64,000 bases of DNA from a bacterium (GTDB taxonomy: Bacteria; Patescibacteriota; Doudnabacteria; UBA920), in assembly GCA_016699995.1 (NCBI GenBank), contig CP064996.1, positions 10,357 to 74,356 of the forward strand. Reading direction: 5' to 3'. Position 1 is the first letter of the stretch. Every line of letters begins with the position of its first letter. The notes under the pieces were generated by a model. The model saw only the letters and a list, made by a program, of their open reading frames with translations. It had not been told where the DNA came from and ran no database searches. Positions 48,680 through 57,652 of this stretch are shown here, in pieces. The position numbers were made by a program, and so were the translations under genes.

Positions 48680-48895
48680 ATGATAGTAGAGTGCATTGTC
48701 TGTGGCATGAAGGTTAGGGTGGACCCTGATACTAAGCTCATTAGCAGACATCCCCAAGGCGAAAGTCCTGATTTATGCCCAGCATCCGATAAACTATTTT
48801 CCCAAAGAGTTGAGGACATAAACGAATCGAGCGGTCCGGTAGTTGCTCCTCACATGGGTTTCCCGCCGAATGATCGGCACGGGTTTGGCAGGTAA
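48680..48895 (+). CDS. Small zinc-ribbon-like protein.
   Basis: 71 aa. 'CIVCGMKV...C' preceded by AGGAGGaaaaccaataATG. An upstream TTGACT / TGgTATAAT promoter lies at 48613-48639. Confidence 0.45.
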   Translation: MIVECIVCGMKVRVDPDTKLISRHPQGESPDLCPASDKLFSQRVEDINESSGPVVAPHMGFPPNDRHGFGR

Positions 48896-48909
48896 GCAAA
48901 AATTGAAAA

Positions 48910-48937
48910 GCGTTACGAAATTCGTAACGCTTTTATT
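48910..48937. terminator. Bidirectional intrinsic terminator.
   Basis: GCGTTACG / CGTAACGC form an 8-bp stem with a 5-nt loop, flanked by A- and T-runs. Confidence 0.7.
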
Positions 48938-48946
48938 ATTTTATCC

Positions 48947-49408
48947 TTAAACTCTCACTCCGTTCACTACACGGATTCCAGGTTTCGAGTTTTCAAGTTC
49001 TCTGCTTAGCCGTTCCAGAGAGGCCTTCCAATGCTTGCATCGCGGGTTTTCTGCTTGGGTTAATACCACAGCTTCGAACATGGCTGCCCGCAACTTTAGA
49101 TATAGTTCGTACTCTTTGGTCAGAAAGAGCAGTCTGATTTTGTACATTTCTTTGTCCGTCAGTTCGTCGCACTTGGTATAGCCGCTGGCTGCGCACGCTT
49201 TCTCGTGTTCTACCCAAAAGCTTCTAAACCCTGGCGGAACATCTTCGGAAACCGCATAAATATTCGAAGCCGGATCGGCAATTGCAAAATAGGGGATCTG
49301 CATTGCCTGTGGGTGAAAATCTCGCGGCATGACCAGGTAATTAATTCCAGAGCGAGTCTTTGCGCGGGACTGAGCATTGTTTATTACATATTGGATAAAC
49401 TTCTTCAT
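48947..49408 (-). CDS. Hypothetical protein.
   Basis: 153-aa ORF. Confidence 0.4.
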   Translation of the reverse strand: MKKFIQYVINNAQSRAKTRSGINYLVMPRDFHPQAMQIPYFAIADPASNIYAVSEDVPPGFRSFWVEHEKACAASGYTKCDELTDKEMYKIRLLFLTKEYELYLKLRAAMFEAVVLTQAENPRCKHWKASLERLSRELENSKPGIRVVNGVRV

Positions 49409-49494
49409 GTATTTTTATTGCTCCTCCTTAGAATAAAATACATATCAGTATAATGTAAAAAACTCCTCTGGTCAAGGGTGTGGCAGTTTTGGGA

Positions 49495-49522
49495 ATAAAA
49501 AAACCGGCTTACGCCGGTTTTA
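49495..49522. terminator. Bidirectional intrinsic terminator.
   Basis: A6-AACCGGC-ttac-GCCGGTT-T4. Confidence 0.7.
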
Positions 49523-49540
49523 ATTATTTGAATTGGGTAA

Positions 49541-51517
49541 TTACACTTCGATAACAACTGGTAGAATCATTGGACGTCGTTGGGTCTTTTGGAAAAGATA
49601 TTCTCCAACTTCGTCACGGATCTGTTGGCGGAGGTTAGCCCAGTTAGGCTCGCCTTTGCCTTTATTGCCGCTTTCAATAATTTTGCGGATTTCATGCTTC
49701 ACTTCGCGAAGCAAGTCTTCGTTGTTCTTCATGTATACGAATCCGCGAGATAGAATTTCTGGCGGGCTGGTGAGCTTGTTAGCGTGACGGTCGATAGTCG
49801 CAATGATTACGAACATACCGTCTTGAGCCATCGCCTGGCGGTCGCGGATAACCACTTCGCCTACGTCACCAATTCCTAAACCGTCTACGAATACGTATCC
49901 GGCTGGAACTTTCTCGTTAAGAAGCTTGGCTGTTCCCTTTTGGTCGATAGTTAAAATCGAACCATTTTCCAAAACGAAGCAGCGGTCTTCGGTAATGCCA
50001 ATGCTTTGCGCTAGCTTAGCGTGGGCTGCAAGCATGTGGTGTTCGCCATGAATTGGGATGAAGAATTTTGGCTTGGTAAGCTGCATCATCAGTTTCAGTT
50101 CTTCCTGCTGACCATGACCACCGGTGTGAATGTCTAGAATTTTGTTATAAATAACGTTAGCGCCAAGGCGGGTAAGGTTATCGATAACAGTTACAATAGA
50201 GCGTTCGTTGCCAGGAATGGTAGAAGCAGAAATTACGACTGTATCTTCCTTTTTAACTTTAATGAAGCGATGCTCGCCGCGGGACATGCGAGCTAGCTGC
50301 GAGCTTTCTTCGCCTTGTCCGCCAGTGGTTAGGACAACAATACTGCTGTCTGGGTAGCGACTGGCTTGTTCAGACTTGATGATAATCTTCGGCTGAATGC
50401 GCAAGTAGCCCATAGAGATTGCTAGTTCTAACGTGCTTACAATAGAACGGCCGGTAACAATAATCTTGCGATTATGCTTGGCTGCAATATCTAATACCTG
50501 TTGGATGCGGGGGATTAAAGAAGAGAAGCTGGTAAAGATAATACGGCCTTTGGCTTCGGAAAAGATTTGATCAATTTTTTTACCGATCTCCCGTTCGGAT
50601 ACGGAATATCCTGGTTTAACGGCATTAGTGGAGTCACTAAGCAAAGCTAATACGCCTTCGCTGCCAAATTGAGCGATTTTGTTGAATTCTGCTGGTGTTT
50701 CGTTAATTGGGGTATGGTCAATTTTCCAGTCACCGGTATGAAGTACCTGTCCAATAGGCGTGCCAATAGAGATACCGACTGAGTCAGGAATGTTGTGGTT
50801 TACAGCAAAGAAACGAATGCGGAAATTGCCGAGAGGAACCATGTCATCTCGTCCGACAACGTTAATTTTAGTGCGGTCTGCTAAGTTGAATTCTTCTAAG
50901 CGTTTCTTGATCATGCCGGCAGACAGCTTCATGGTATAGATCGGAGGATCGCCTAGCTTTGACATAATATAAGGCAAGGCACCGATGTGGTCCATGTGCC
51001 CGTGAGTAATGATGATACCGCGAATATTTTTTTTCTTATCTTCCAAATATTTAGTTTCCGGAATGATGTAGTCGATTCCTGGCGTGGTTTCGTCTGGAAA
51101 TGAAAAACCAGCGTCGACAATAACAATGTCATCGCCAAATTCATAAGCCATCATATTAGCACCTACTTCTTCGAGTCCTCCCAACGGGATGATGCGAAGA
51201 GTATCGCGGGATACGGTATAGGCACTGTTAGAGCCGCTTGGCGGCTGTGGTAACGGCGTTAAGCTGCTTTCGTGAGAACGAGTTGGCAGCGGACGCATGC
51301 CGGATCGCGAGCGGGAACCGCTGCGATTAGCTGGACCACGACCTGCTGGCCTGCTGTTCGCCGGGCCGCGGTTTGGAGTAGTTTTGCGGGCAGTTGCTGC
51401 TCGCGGGGTGGAGCTTTTGTTAGAAGCTGCGCTCGCAGGTGTGCGAGTTGGTTTTTTGATCATATTTTCTCTATTACAAGACGGAGTCTTCGTACGCAGT
51501 CTTGTTGTCATCAGCAA
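49541..51517 (-). CDS. rnj: Ribonuclease J with a ~110-aa Arg/Ser/Pro-rich N-terminal extension.
   Basis: 'IIITHGHMDHIGALPYI' metallo-beta-lactamase HxHxDH. beta-CASP domain and C-terminal domain. Confidence 0.9.
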   Translation of the reverse strand: MLMTTRLRTKTPSCNRENMIKKPTRTPASAASNKSSTPRAATARKTTPNRGPANSRPAGRGPANRSGSRSRSGMRPLPTRSHESSLTPLPQPPSGSNSAYTVSRDTLRIIPLGGLEEVGANMMAYEFGDDIVIVDAGFSFPDETTPGIDYIIPETKYLEDKKKNIRGIIITHGHMDHIGALPYIMSKLGDPPIYTMKLSAGMIKKRLEEFNLADRTKINVVGRDDMVPLGNFRIRFFAVNHNIPDSVGISIGTPIGQVLHTGDWKIDHTPINETPAEFNKIAQFGSEGVLALLSDSTNAVKPGYSVSEREIGKKIDQIFSEAKGRIIFTSFSSLIPRIQQVLDIAAKHNRKIIVTGRSIVSTLELAISMGYLRIQPKIIIKSEQASRYPDSSIVVLTTGGQGEESSQLARMSRGEHRFIKVKKEDTVVISASTIPGNERSIVTVIDNLTRLGANVIYNKILDIHTGGHGQQEELKLMMQLTKPKFFIPIHGEHHMLAAHAKLAQSIGITEDRCFVLENGSILTIDQKGTAKLLNEKVPAGYVFVDGLGIGDVGEVVIRDRQAMAQDGMFVIIATIDRHANKLTSPPEILSRGFVYMKNNEDLLREVKHEIRKIIESGNKGKGEPNWANLRQQIRDEVGEYLFQKTQRRPMILPVVIEV

Positions 51518-51956
51518 TAGCCTCTAAATTTAAAATGCTTAAGCTTTGCTTTGATTTCAACAATTAGTTTATCCGGAACTCGTTTTGCGATATGCAAAGA
51601 ACGAAGTACAGAAGACTCAACTCTTGTTAATTATTGTTTTGTGTCGAAAGTGAATTTTGCAGATAAAGTTATGATTGGCAAATAAAAAACTGTGGCCAAA
51701 TAAAATTATTTGAATATTCAGTTGAATCAGGGAAGTGGCTTCCGGGGCCGCCTTCGGCTGATTTATTACGCTTCAATTTGCGTAATTAACACATGAATTT
51801 TTACTTTCTTTTGAAAGGAAATAAAATCTCATCTGTTCTCAATTTCTTTTGTTAGGATAGAACCAGATCTTATTGAGTAAATTCAGTATATCAGGAATAG
51901 GTTATTTTGTCAAACCATTTTGCCCAAAAATGGCTTATTTATAGGTTATTATGGGG

Positions 51957-52343
51957 TTACTTTTCGTAGATTTCTATAGGCAGACCGTCAGGATCGGCAA
52001 AGAAAAAGAATTGCTTATTGGCGGTTTCGTCAGTGCGGATTTCTTCCGCTTCTACATTTTTAGAAATCAGTTCATTCCGGACTTTAGATATCGAATCAGC
52101 CGAAAAGGCGATGTGCCTTAAGCCGGCAGCTTCCGGATAACTGGGTCGGGATGGGGGATTGGGAAAAGAGAATAATTCAATCTGGGTTTGGTTGTTAACT
52201 ACCAGATCTAGCTTATAAGAATTGCGCTCCGATCGGTAGGTTTCATTGATAATTTTAAAGCCCAGAACTTCTGTGTAGAACTTTTTGGACTTCTCGTAGT
52301 CGGAGACGATTATTGCAATATGGTGAACTGAATTTAAATTCAT
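51957..52343 (-). CDS. VOC / glyoxalase family protein.
   Basis: 'VHHIAIIVSDYEKSKKFYTEVLGF'. Confidence 0.75.
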   Translation of the reverse strand: MNLNSVHHIAIIVSDYEKSKKFYTEVLGFKIINETYRSERNSYKLDLVVNNQTQIELFSFPNPPSRPSYPEAAGLRHIAFSADSISKVRNELISKNVEAEEIRTDETANKQFFFFADPDGLPIEIYEK

Positions 52344-52350
52344 AAAGATT

Positions 52351-52437
52351 TGGTGCCGCGGGAGGGACTTGAACCCTCACGACCTTGCGGTCATACGCAC
52401 CTGAAGCGTACGTGTATGCCAATTTCACCACCGCGGC
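52351..52437 (-). tRNA. tRNA-Leu (CAG), class II with a long variable arm.
   Basis: Acceptor GCCGCGG/CCGCGGC, anticodon loop UUCAGGU, variable arm UGACCGCAAGGUCGUG, T-loop UUCAAGU, CCA encoded. An upstream TTGAAA-17-TATAAT promoter sits at 52452-52480 (minus). Confidence 0.85.
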
Positions 52438-52539
52438 AGATTAACTTTGTGATTATAGCTGTTTATCTCGAGTTTTTCAATCGCATTGACATAAGGAGGA
52501 TTGCCCAGTATCTTAAGGTAAACATCTTTGGAGGAATAT

Positions 52540-53205
52540 ATGTTAGGTAGACTTATTTTTTTGATCGCTATGTCGTTTGCCTTGGCTGGGATTACAAATT
52601 ATTCCTATGCCCAAGCAAGTCCGACTCCTACCCCTTCTCCCACAGCGACTGTGGCAGCTAGTCCAAGCCCTTCCCCAACAGCGACGCCGGTAAAAAACAA
52701 TACCGGCTACCCTATTTGGAAAACTATCACTATAGGTAACTTTAAAACCAAGTCCGAGTTGCTTGCCGCTCTTCAAAAAGCAGGGGTTACCGCCTTGTCG
52801 TCGAATTTAATTGAAGGAAACTCTTTTGCGTTGTCAGCAGAGCCGGTGCAGATAAATTTGGTGCGGGTTAAAGTTAAAGATTTCCAGATAGACAGGTATG
52901 GAGCTTATCGCAAAGAATTTTTTGCCAAAGCCTTATCTAAAGGTCTGGCCTTATGCCCTTTGGAGGTGGGTCCGCAGCTGAGATTGCAGTACACTGGCCA
53001 GCCGAATAACGAACTCCTGCGAGTTGCCAGCGAACCAATTATGGATGCGGGTTATCTAAACTTCTTTTCTCTGGAGCAATGGCCGGGGTTTAAGCCCTGG
53101 CTATACGCTCGAAACAGAAGGCCGACAGAAGATTTTTGGTACGATGAGGATGAGTGGGTATTTATGCTTCCGCCCCCGATCAAGAAAGTCCTAGAGAATA
53201 AATAA
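52540..53205 (+). CDS. Hypothetical secreted protein with a signal peptide and a Pro/Thr-rich linker.
   Basis: ATG 52540 follows GGAGGaatat. The signal is LIFLIAMSFALAGITNYSYA|QA. The linker is PTPTPSPTATVAASPSPSPTATP. Confidence 0.55.
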   Translation: MLGRLIFLIAMSFALAGITNYSYAQASPTPTPSPTATVAASPSPSPTATPVKNNTGYPIWKTITIGNFKTKSELLAALQKAGVTALSSNLIEGNSFALSAEPVQINLVRVKVKDFQIDRYGAYRKEFFAKALSKGLALCPLEVGPQLRLQYTGQPNNELLRVASEPIMDAGYLNFFSLEQWPGFKPWLYARNRRPTEDFWYDEDEWVFMLPPPIKKVLENK

Positions 53206-53225
53206 GCACAGCAGAGCTGTGCTTT

Positions 53226-54980
53226 TTAATTTTTTTGGAACACCCGTTTGGTATCCAGGTACCAATAGCGGAGGTTGTAGAAGCGGGCGGTTTCGTCCGG
53301 CAGGCTGTGGATGTTGAAGCCTTTAATTTCATCGGAAATTGCGTAAGTATACACCGACTGCACTAAGAAGATAGCCGGCAAGTCTTGTTTGATAATGTCA
53401 TGGATTTGCAAATACAACGCGTCCCGTTCGGTTTTGTTGGTGCTGGCACGAGCTTCACTCATCAGTCCGTCTACCTTTGTGTTGGAATAATTCGACAGGT
53501 TTAAGCCGGGGGATTTGGTCTGGCTAGAATGCCAAAATACAAACGGGTCAGGGTCAGCGCCAAGTTTTTGGGCAAACAGCAGCATGTCGTAGTTGCGCGG
53601 CTTAATGACAGACTCGTTTAATTCGCGGGTCGGCAGTGTATTAAGAGTTACGTTTACTCCAATAGCTTTCCAGGCTTCTATTAAAATCTCCGCACTGCGG
53701 ACATTGATGCCGGAGTCATTGGTGGCCATGGTAAATTTAAGTTCATTGGCGCCTTTTTTCCTAATATTTGTCATAGGATCTAGTGTCCAGCCGGCTTGGT
53801 CCAGAAGGCTGTTGGCTGCAGCCAGGTCTGTATTGAGGTTTAGTTCCGGTAGATTAGAAACGTGCTGAGTTAAAATCGGACTGTCGATTAATAAGCCTTG
53901 CCCTTCGAATACTTCATTTAATACCCGCGTTTTATCTGCCGTCATATTCAAGGCTTGTCGTACTCGGTTATCGCCCAAAGATTTCTGCGCAGTGTTAATA
54001 AACACAGCCTGGTACTGCGGCATTGGAATTTGGTGAATCTCTAAATTCTTGGCAGACTGCTTAATGCTTATGCGCTGTTCAAATTGGCTGAAGCCAAAAC
54101 CGTCAATCTGGTTGCCAAGCATGGCTTTGAGCAGATCGTCGCTGGTTTCGTAAAAATTTAATTTTACTATGCTGATATAAGCTGGTTGAGGGGTAAAGTT
54201 TTGGAACGATTCCAAAGTTAAAGTTTGAATCTTGCCTTCGTTAGTCTTCTTTACTTCTTTAACGCGATAAGGACCGCTGCCAATTGCTTCTATATTTGCG
54301 ATCGAGTTTAAGAATACTTCCGGAGTTTCTTTGCCGCGGACCACTTCGCTTATTAATGGCAAGGTTAAGTTGTTTAGGAATGGGCCAGAAGCGCTTTTGA
54401 GTTTGAACACTACGGTTTTTTCGTCCGGAGTTTCTACGGTGGTCGATAGCCACTCGCTGCGGCGGGGACTGTTGAATTCGGCATTTTGCAATGTGCGAAT
54501 AGTAAAGGCTACATCCGCCGATGTTACAGGCAAACCGTTATGCCACTGCGCATCGCGGAGTTTTACAGTATAAGTTTTACCGTCGTCAGTAACTTCTGGA
54601 AAACCGGCAGCCAGGTCGGCAACTACATTACCGTCTTCATCAAAGCGGTATAACCCGGAATAAATGAGATCCACCAAAGCCTTATCGGTGTTAGTAGTAG
54701 CATAGAGGGGGTTGAGGAATCTTGGCTGCCCAAGAACGCCTTCGATGTACATGCCACTTTGCGCAGGAATAACCGCAGTGTATTGCTGAACTAATTTTGC
54801 ACTGCTATATCCAAAGCTTACAAAAGCAACCACTACTAAGAAAAGAAACACGTATTTTTCCCGTTTTCCCATTAATGAAAAAACTCTCCGCAGAACGGAA
54901 AGTCTGATGTGGCGCAGAGCGCGGATTCCTTGAAAGAAACGTTTACTTTGCGACTTGGATTGTAAAGATAATGAGTTCAC
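53226..54980 (-). CDS. ABC transporter substrate-binding protein, family 5 (peptide/nickel type), orphan.
   Basis: 'YSGLYRFDEDGNVVADLAAGFPEVTDDGKTYTVKLRDAQWHNGLPVTSADVAFTI' is a typical SBP_bac_5 core. N-terminal TM/signal anchor. No adjacent permease gene. Confidence 0.65.
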   Translation of the reverse strand: MNSLSLQSKSQSKRFFQGIRALRHIRLSVLRRVFSLMGKREKYVFLFLVVVAFVSFGYSSAKLVQQYTAVIPAQSGMYIEGVLGQPRFLNPLYATTNTDKALVDLIYSGLYRFDEDGNVVADLAAGFPEVTDDGKTYTVKLRDAQWHNGLPVTSADVAFTIRTLQNAEFNSPRRSEWLSTTVETPDEKTVVFKLKSASGPFLNNLTLPLISEVVRGKETPEVFLNSIANIEAIGSGPYRVKEVKKTNEGKIQTLTLESFQNFTPQPAYISIVKLNFYETSDDLLKAMLGNQIDGFGFSQFEQRISIKQSAKNLEIHQIPMPQYQAVFINTAQKSLGDNRVRQALNMTADKTRVLNEVFEGQGLLIDSPILTQHVSNLPELNLNTDLAAANSLLDQAGWTLDPMTNIRKKGANELKFTMATNDSGINVRSAEILIEAWKAIGVNVTLNTLPTRELNESVIKPRNYDMLLFAQKLGADPDPFVFWHSSQTKSPGLNLSNYSNTKVDGLMSEARASTNKTERDALYLQIHDIIKQDLPAIFLVQSVYTYAISDEIKGFNIHSLPDETARFYNLRYWYLDTKRVFQKN

Positions 54981-55006
54981 GAAAACACCTAATGAGTTAT
55001 GAGAAA

Positions 55007-55234
55007 CTATTTACCTAGCAAAACGATGGTTAAGCTCAGGCCGGCAAAAAGTACGCCCAAAACAATTGTGACAAAAAACAGCCACTTGTCTGCACCGCGG
55101 CGGGTGGTAACTACGCCACCGCCACCAAAAATATTGGAAAGGCCGGCAGATTTGTTCTGTAATGCCACAGAGACTACGAGTAGTACCATTACGACCATAT
55201 CAATTATGGTCAAGATATAGGAGAGATTTCTCAT
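55007..55234 (-). CDS. secG: Preprotein translocase subunit SecG.
   Basis: 75 aa with two TM helices and the central 'LQNKSAGLSNIFGGGG'. Confidence 0.75.
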   Translation of the reverse strand: MRNLSYILTIIDMVVMVLLVVSVALQNKSAGLSNIFGGGGVVTTRRGADKWLFFVTIVLGVLFAGLSLTIVLLGK

Positions 55235-55333
55235 AAATTAGTTTAAATTTAGCTCAATTATTATAGTAAGATTGGCGTGTTGTGTCAATCTGGGCGGGAT
55301 ATTATAATAAGAAAAAGATATTTTGGAGGATTG

Positions 55334-55729
55334 ATGATGATTGTTAAAAGAGGTGTTAATTTGTTAGTTCGAGATGTGGAAGTGATTTCTGAAGCCGGGA
55401 CTTGGGTTGTGTTATGCGCCTATCCGATTCCTCGTCAGACAACCTCTCCTGCTCTACCACTATTTTTGAAACTAAAACCTGATTATAAGGTAGCTGTCGG
55501 AGATAAGATATCTGACAGAGATGATGATATAGTGATTGGCGGGTCAATGTATACAACCTTTAATTTTTGGGAAGTGGCAAAAATAATCGATGACAAGCCA
55601 ACCATTCAGCTGTTGGATACGATTTGGGAAATTAGCCTAACAGTCAATACTGGGGATGATAGCCTCTGGAAAAAGTTTCAAGAACTTATTTGGGATGCCC
55701 CTGGCTTTGCTATTGCAAATTTGATTTAA
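55334..55729 (+). CDS. Hypothetical protein; the start is uncertain (55277 or 55334).
   Basis: ORF with no motif. It overlaps the 3' end of uvrC by 20 nt. Confidence 0.35.
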   Translation: MMIVKRGVNLLVRDVEVISEAGTWVVLCAYPIPRQTTSPALPLFLKLKPDYKVAVGDKISDRDDDIVIGGSMYTTFNFWEVAKIIDDKPTIQLLDTIWEISLTVNTGDDSLWKKFQELIWDAPGFAIANLI

Positions 55730-57530
55730 CTATCTGCGCCTTGGTTTTACCTAATAACTGTTCCAACTCTTCAATCGGTGCGCGTCGAATCTGTTCGACC
55801 GTGCCGATTTTTTGTTTGAGCAACTTTTTAGTTTTTGGGCCAATGCCTGGAATTGTATCCAAAGCTGACCTTACAGCTTGCTTGCTACGCAGGCTCTTGT
55901 GGAAAGTGATGCCGAAGCGGTGGGCTTCATCGCGCAGGCGCTGGAGCATTTGCAGAACCGGGTTGTCGTGGGGTAGTGCAATTGGATCTGAGCTATGAGG
56001 CAGGAAAATTTCTTCGATGCGCTTGGCTAAGCCAATGACAGGAATATCCAATTTCTTTTGCTTCAAAACTTCCACTACGACGCCTAGCTGGCCTTTGCCG
56101 CCGTCGATTACCAGCAGGTCGGGGATAGGCCATGCATCCTTTTCGTTATCGGGTTTTATTCTGGACAGGCGCCGCTCCAGCATTTCACGCATCATCAAGA
56201 AATCATCCGGAGTCTGCTTGCGGGTGATTTTAAATTTGCGGTACTCGCTTTTGGCCGGCTGCCCGTCTTTAATGACCACCATGCTGCCTACCGGATTAGT
56301 GCCTTGGGTGTTGCTGATATCATAGCCCTCTATGCGCCTGGGCGTATTAGGCAGCTTAAGAAGTTTCTTTAGTTCTTCCAGGGTTTCTTTGATAGCGTCC
56401 ACATTTGTTGCCTGATTGCGCTGCCATTTGAGCAGGAACTCTTCGGCATTGACCTTCCCCAGGTTGATCAGCTTTAATTTTGGCCCCCGGGTCGGCAGGC
56501 ATAAAATTACTTTTTTCTTGGAGCGCGACTGCAGCAGCTTGGAGACAATGCCGCTGTCGTTTGGTTCGGTTTGAATATATATCTCGGTTGGCAAATCCGT
56601 AGCCTGGGCGTAATAGTTTTCTAAAAAGCTTTGCATAATCGCCTGAGCCCGATATTCCGGATTGAACCCTAAAATGTTGTCGAAGATGAATTGTTCATTG
56701 TCTTTTAGTTTTCCTTCACGAACTTTAAATAAATTGACGGCGGCAGACAAGTCATTGCTGAATATAGAGATAAAGTCCCACGACACCTTTTTAGCAAACA
56801 TGGTAATTTGTTTTTCATCCAAAATTTCGATGGCTTGATATTGGTCACGCAAGCGGGCCGCTAGTTCAAAACGCTTGCCGCGCGCGGCTTGTTTCATTTG
56901 GCTTTGCAATTCTTTTTTGATCGGGGCGGTTTTGCCCGACAAAAAAGTCGAGATCCGTTCCAGTTGCTGTTTATATTCCTGCAGGCTTATTTCGCCAATA
57001 CACACTCCCGGACAACGGTGCAAAAAGTAATAAAAGCACGGCCGTTTGCCCACTTGGCTGTTAGAGCAGAACGGGAAAATTTTGCGGGTCAGGTCCAGAG
57101 TCTGTCGAATTTTTTTAGCAGAAGAGTATGGGCCGAAGAATTTGGACTTTTTGTCTGTAGTAACTTTGCGGGCGTAGGTAATCTGGGGGATCTCGCAGGA
57201 GTAGTCAATTTGAATAAAGGCGTAGTTCTTATCGTCGCGCAGCATAATGTTGTATGCCGGCATATGCTCTTTAATAAGCGTGTTCTCTAAAAACAAGCTC
57301 TCCAGTTCGGTGCCTACTATTATATAGTCAAAGTCTGCCGCTTCGGCGATTAAATAGGGGAGCTGCACGCGCGTGTCATGACCAGAAAAATACTGCCCCA
57401 AACGCACGCGCAGGTTTTTTGCTTTGCCCACGTATAAAACAACCCCGTCTTTATCGAGGAATTTATACACCCCGGGCTTGCGGGGCACATCACTAAGCTT
57501 GTCTTTGAGCTTGGTTTCTACTTTTGCCAT
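55710..57530 (-). CDS. uvrC: Excinuclease ABC subunit C.
   Basis: GIY-YIG 'GVYKFLDKDGVVLYVGKAKNLRVRLGQYF', a UvrB-interacting region, and an RNaseH-like plus (HhH)2 C-terminus. Confidence 0.9.
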   Translation of the reverse strand: MAKVETKLKDKLSDVPRKPGVYKFLDKDGVVLYVGKAKNLRVRLGQYFSGHDTRVQLPYLIAEAADFDYIIVGTELESLFLENTLIKEHMPAYNIMLRDDKNYAFIQIDYSCEIPQITYARKVTTDKKSKFFGPYSSAKKIRQTLDLTRKIFPFCSNSQVGKRPCFYYFLHRCPGVCIGEISLQEYKQQLERISTFLSGKTAPIKKELQSQMKQAARGKRFELAARLRDQYQAIEILDEKQITMFAKKVSWDFISIFSNDLSAAVNLFKVREGKLKDNEQFIFDNILGFNPEYRAQAIMQSFLENYYAQATDLPTEIYIQTEPNDSGIVSKLLQSRSKKKVILCLPTRGPKLKLINLGKVNAEEFLLKWQRNQATNVDAIKETLEELKKLLKLPNTPRRIEGYDISNTQGTNPVGSMVVIKDGQPAKSEYRKFKITRKQTPDDFLMMREMLERRLSRIKPDNEKDAWPIPDLLVIDGGKGQLGVVVEVLKQKKLDIPVIGLAKRIEEIFLPHSSDPIALPHDNPVLQMLQRLRDEAHRFGITFHKSLRSKQAVRSALDTIPGIGPKTKKLLKQKIGTVEQIRRAPIEELEQLLGKTKAQIVKSNLQ

Positions 57531-57587
57531 GCATTAATTATATCTTGTTTGCTTATTGAACGCATCCTGGTAAATGAGTTTTACATA

Positions 57588-57613
57588 AGAGACTTGATAG
57601 TCTCTTTTTTTTA
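57588..57613 (+). promoter_or_regulatory. Palindrome / terminator-like hairpin in the uvrC-uvrA divergent region (uvrA leader).
   Basis: AGAGACT-tgat-AGTCTCT forms a 7-bp stem followed by T8. It lies 40 nt upstream of the uvrA ATG. Confidence 0.4.
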
Positions 57614-57652
57614 TGCTAGCGTTATTAAAGTTCACTTAAATTATCATTTACC

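Noticed and set aside
51272-51527. Two plus-strand ORFs (82 and 76 aa)
   Set aside because: They are antisense to the GC-rich N-terminal extension of rnj. They are Arg/Ala-rich artefacts of GC-rich DNA.
52350-52550. 66-aa plus-strand ORF
   Set aside because: It overlaps tRNA-Leu(CAG) on the opposite strand and starts inside the tRNA.
57531-57652. LexA / Cheo box (CGAACnnnnGTTCG) in the uvrA/uvrC promoter region
   Set aside because: Only a half-site-like TTGAACGC is present with no inverted partner. The palindrome that is present (AGAGACT/AGTCTCT) does not match known SOS boxes.
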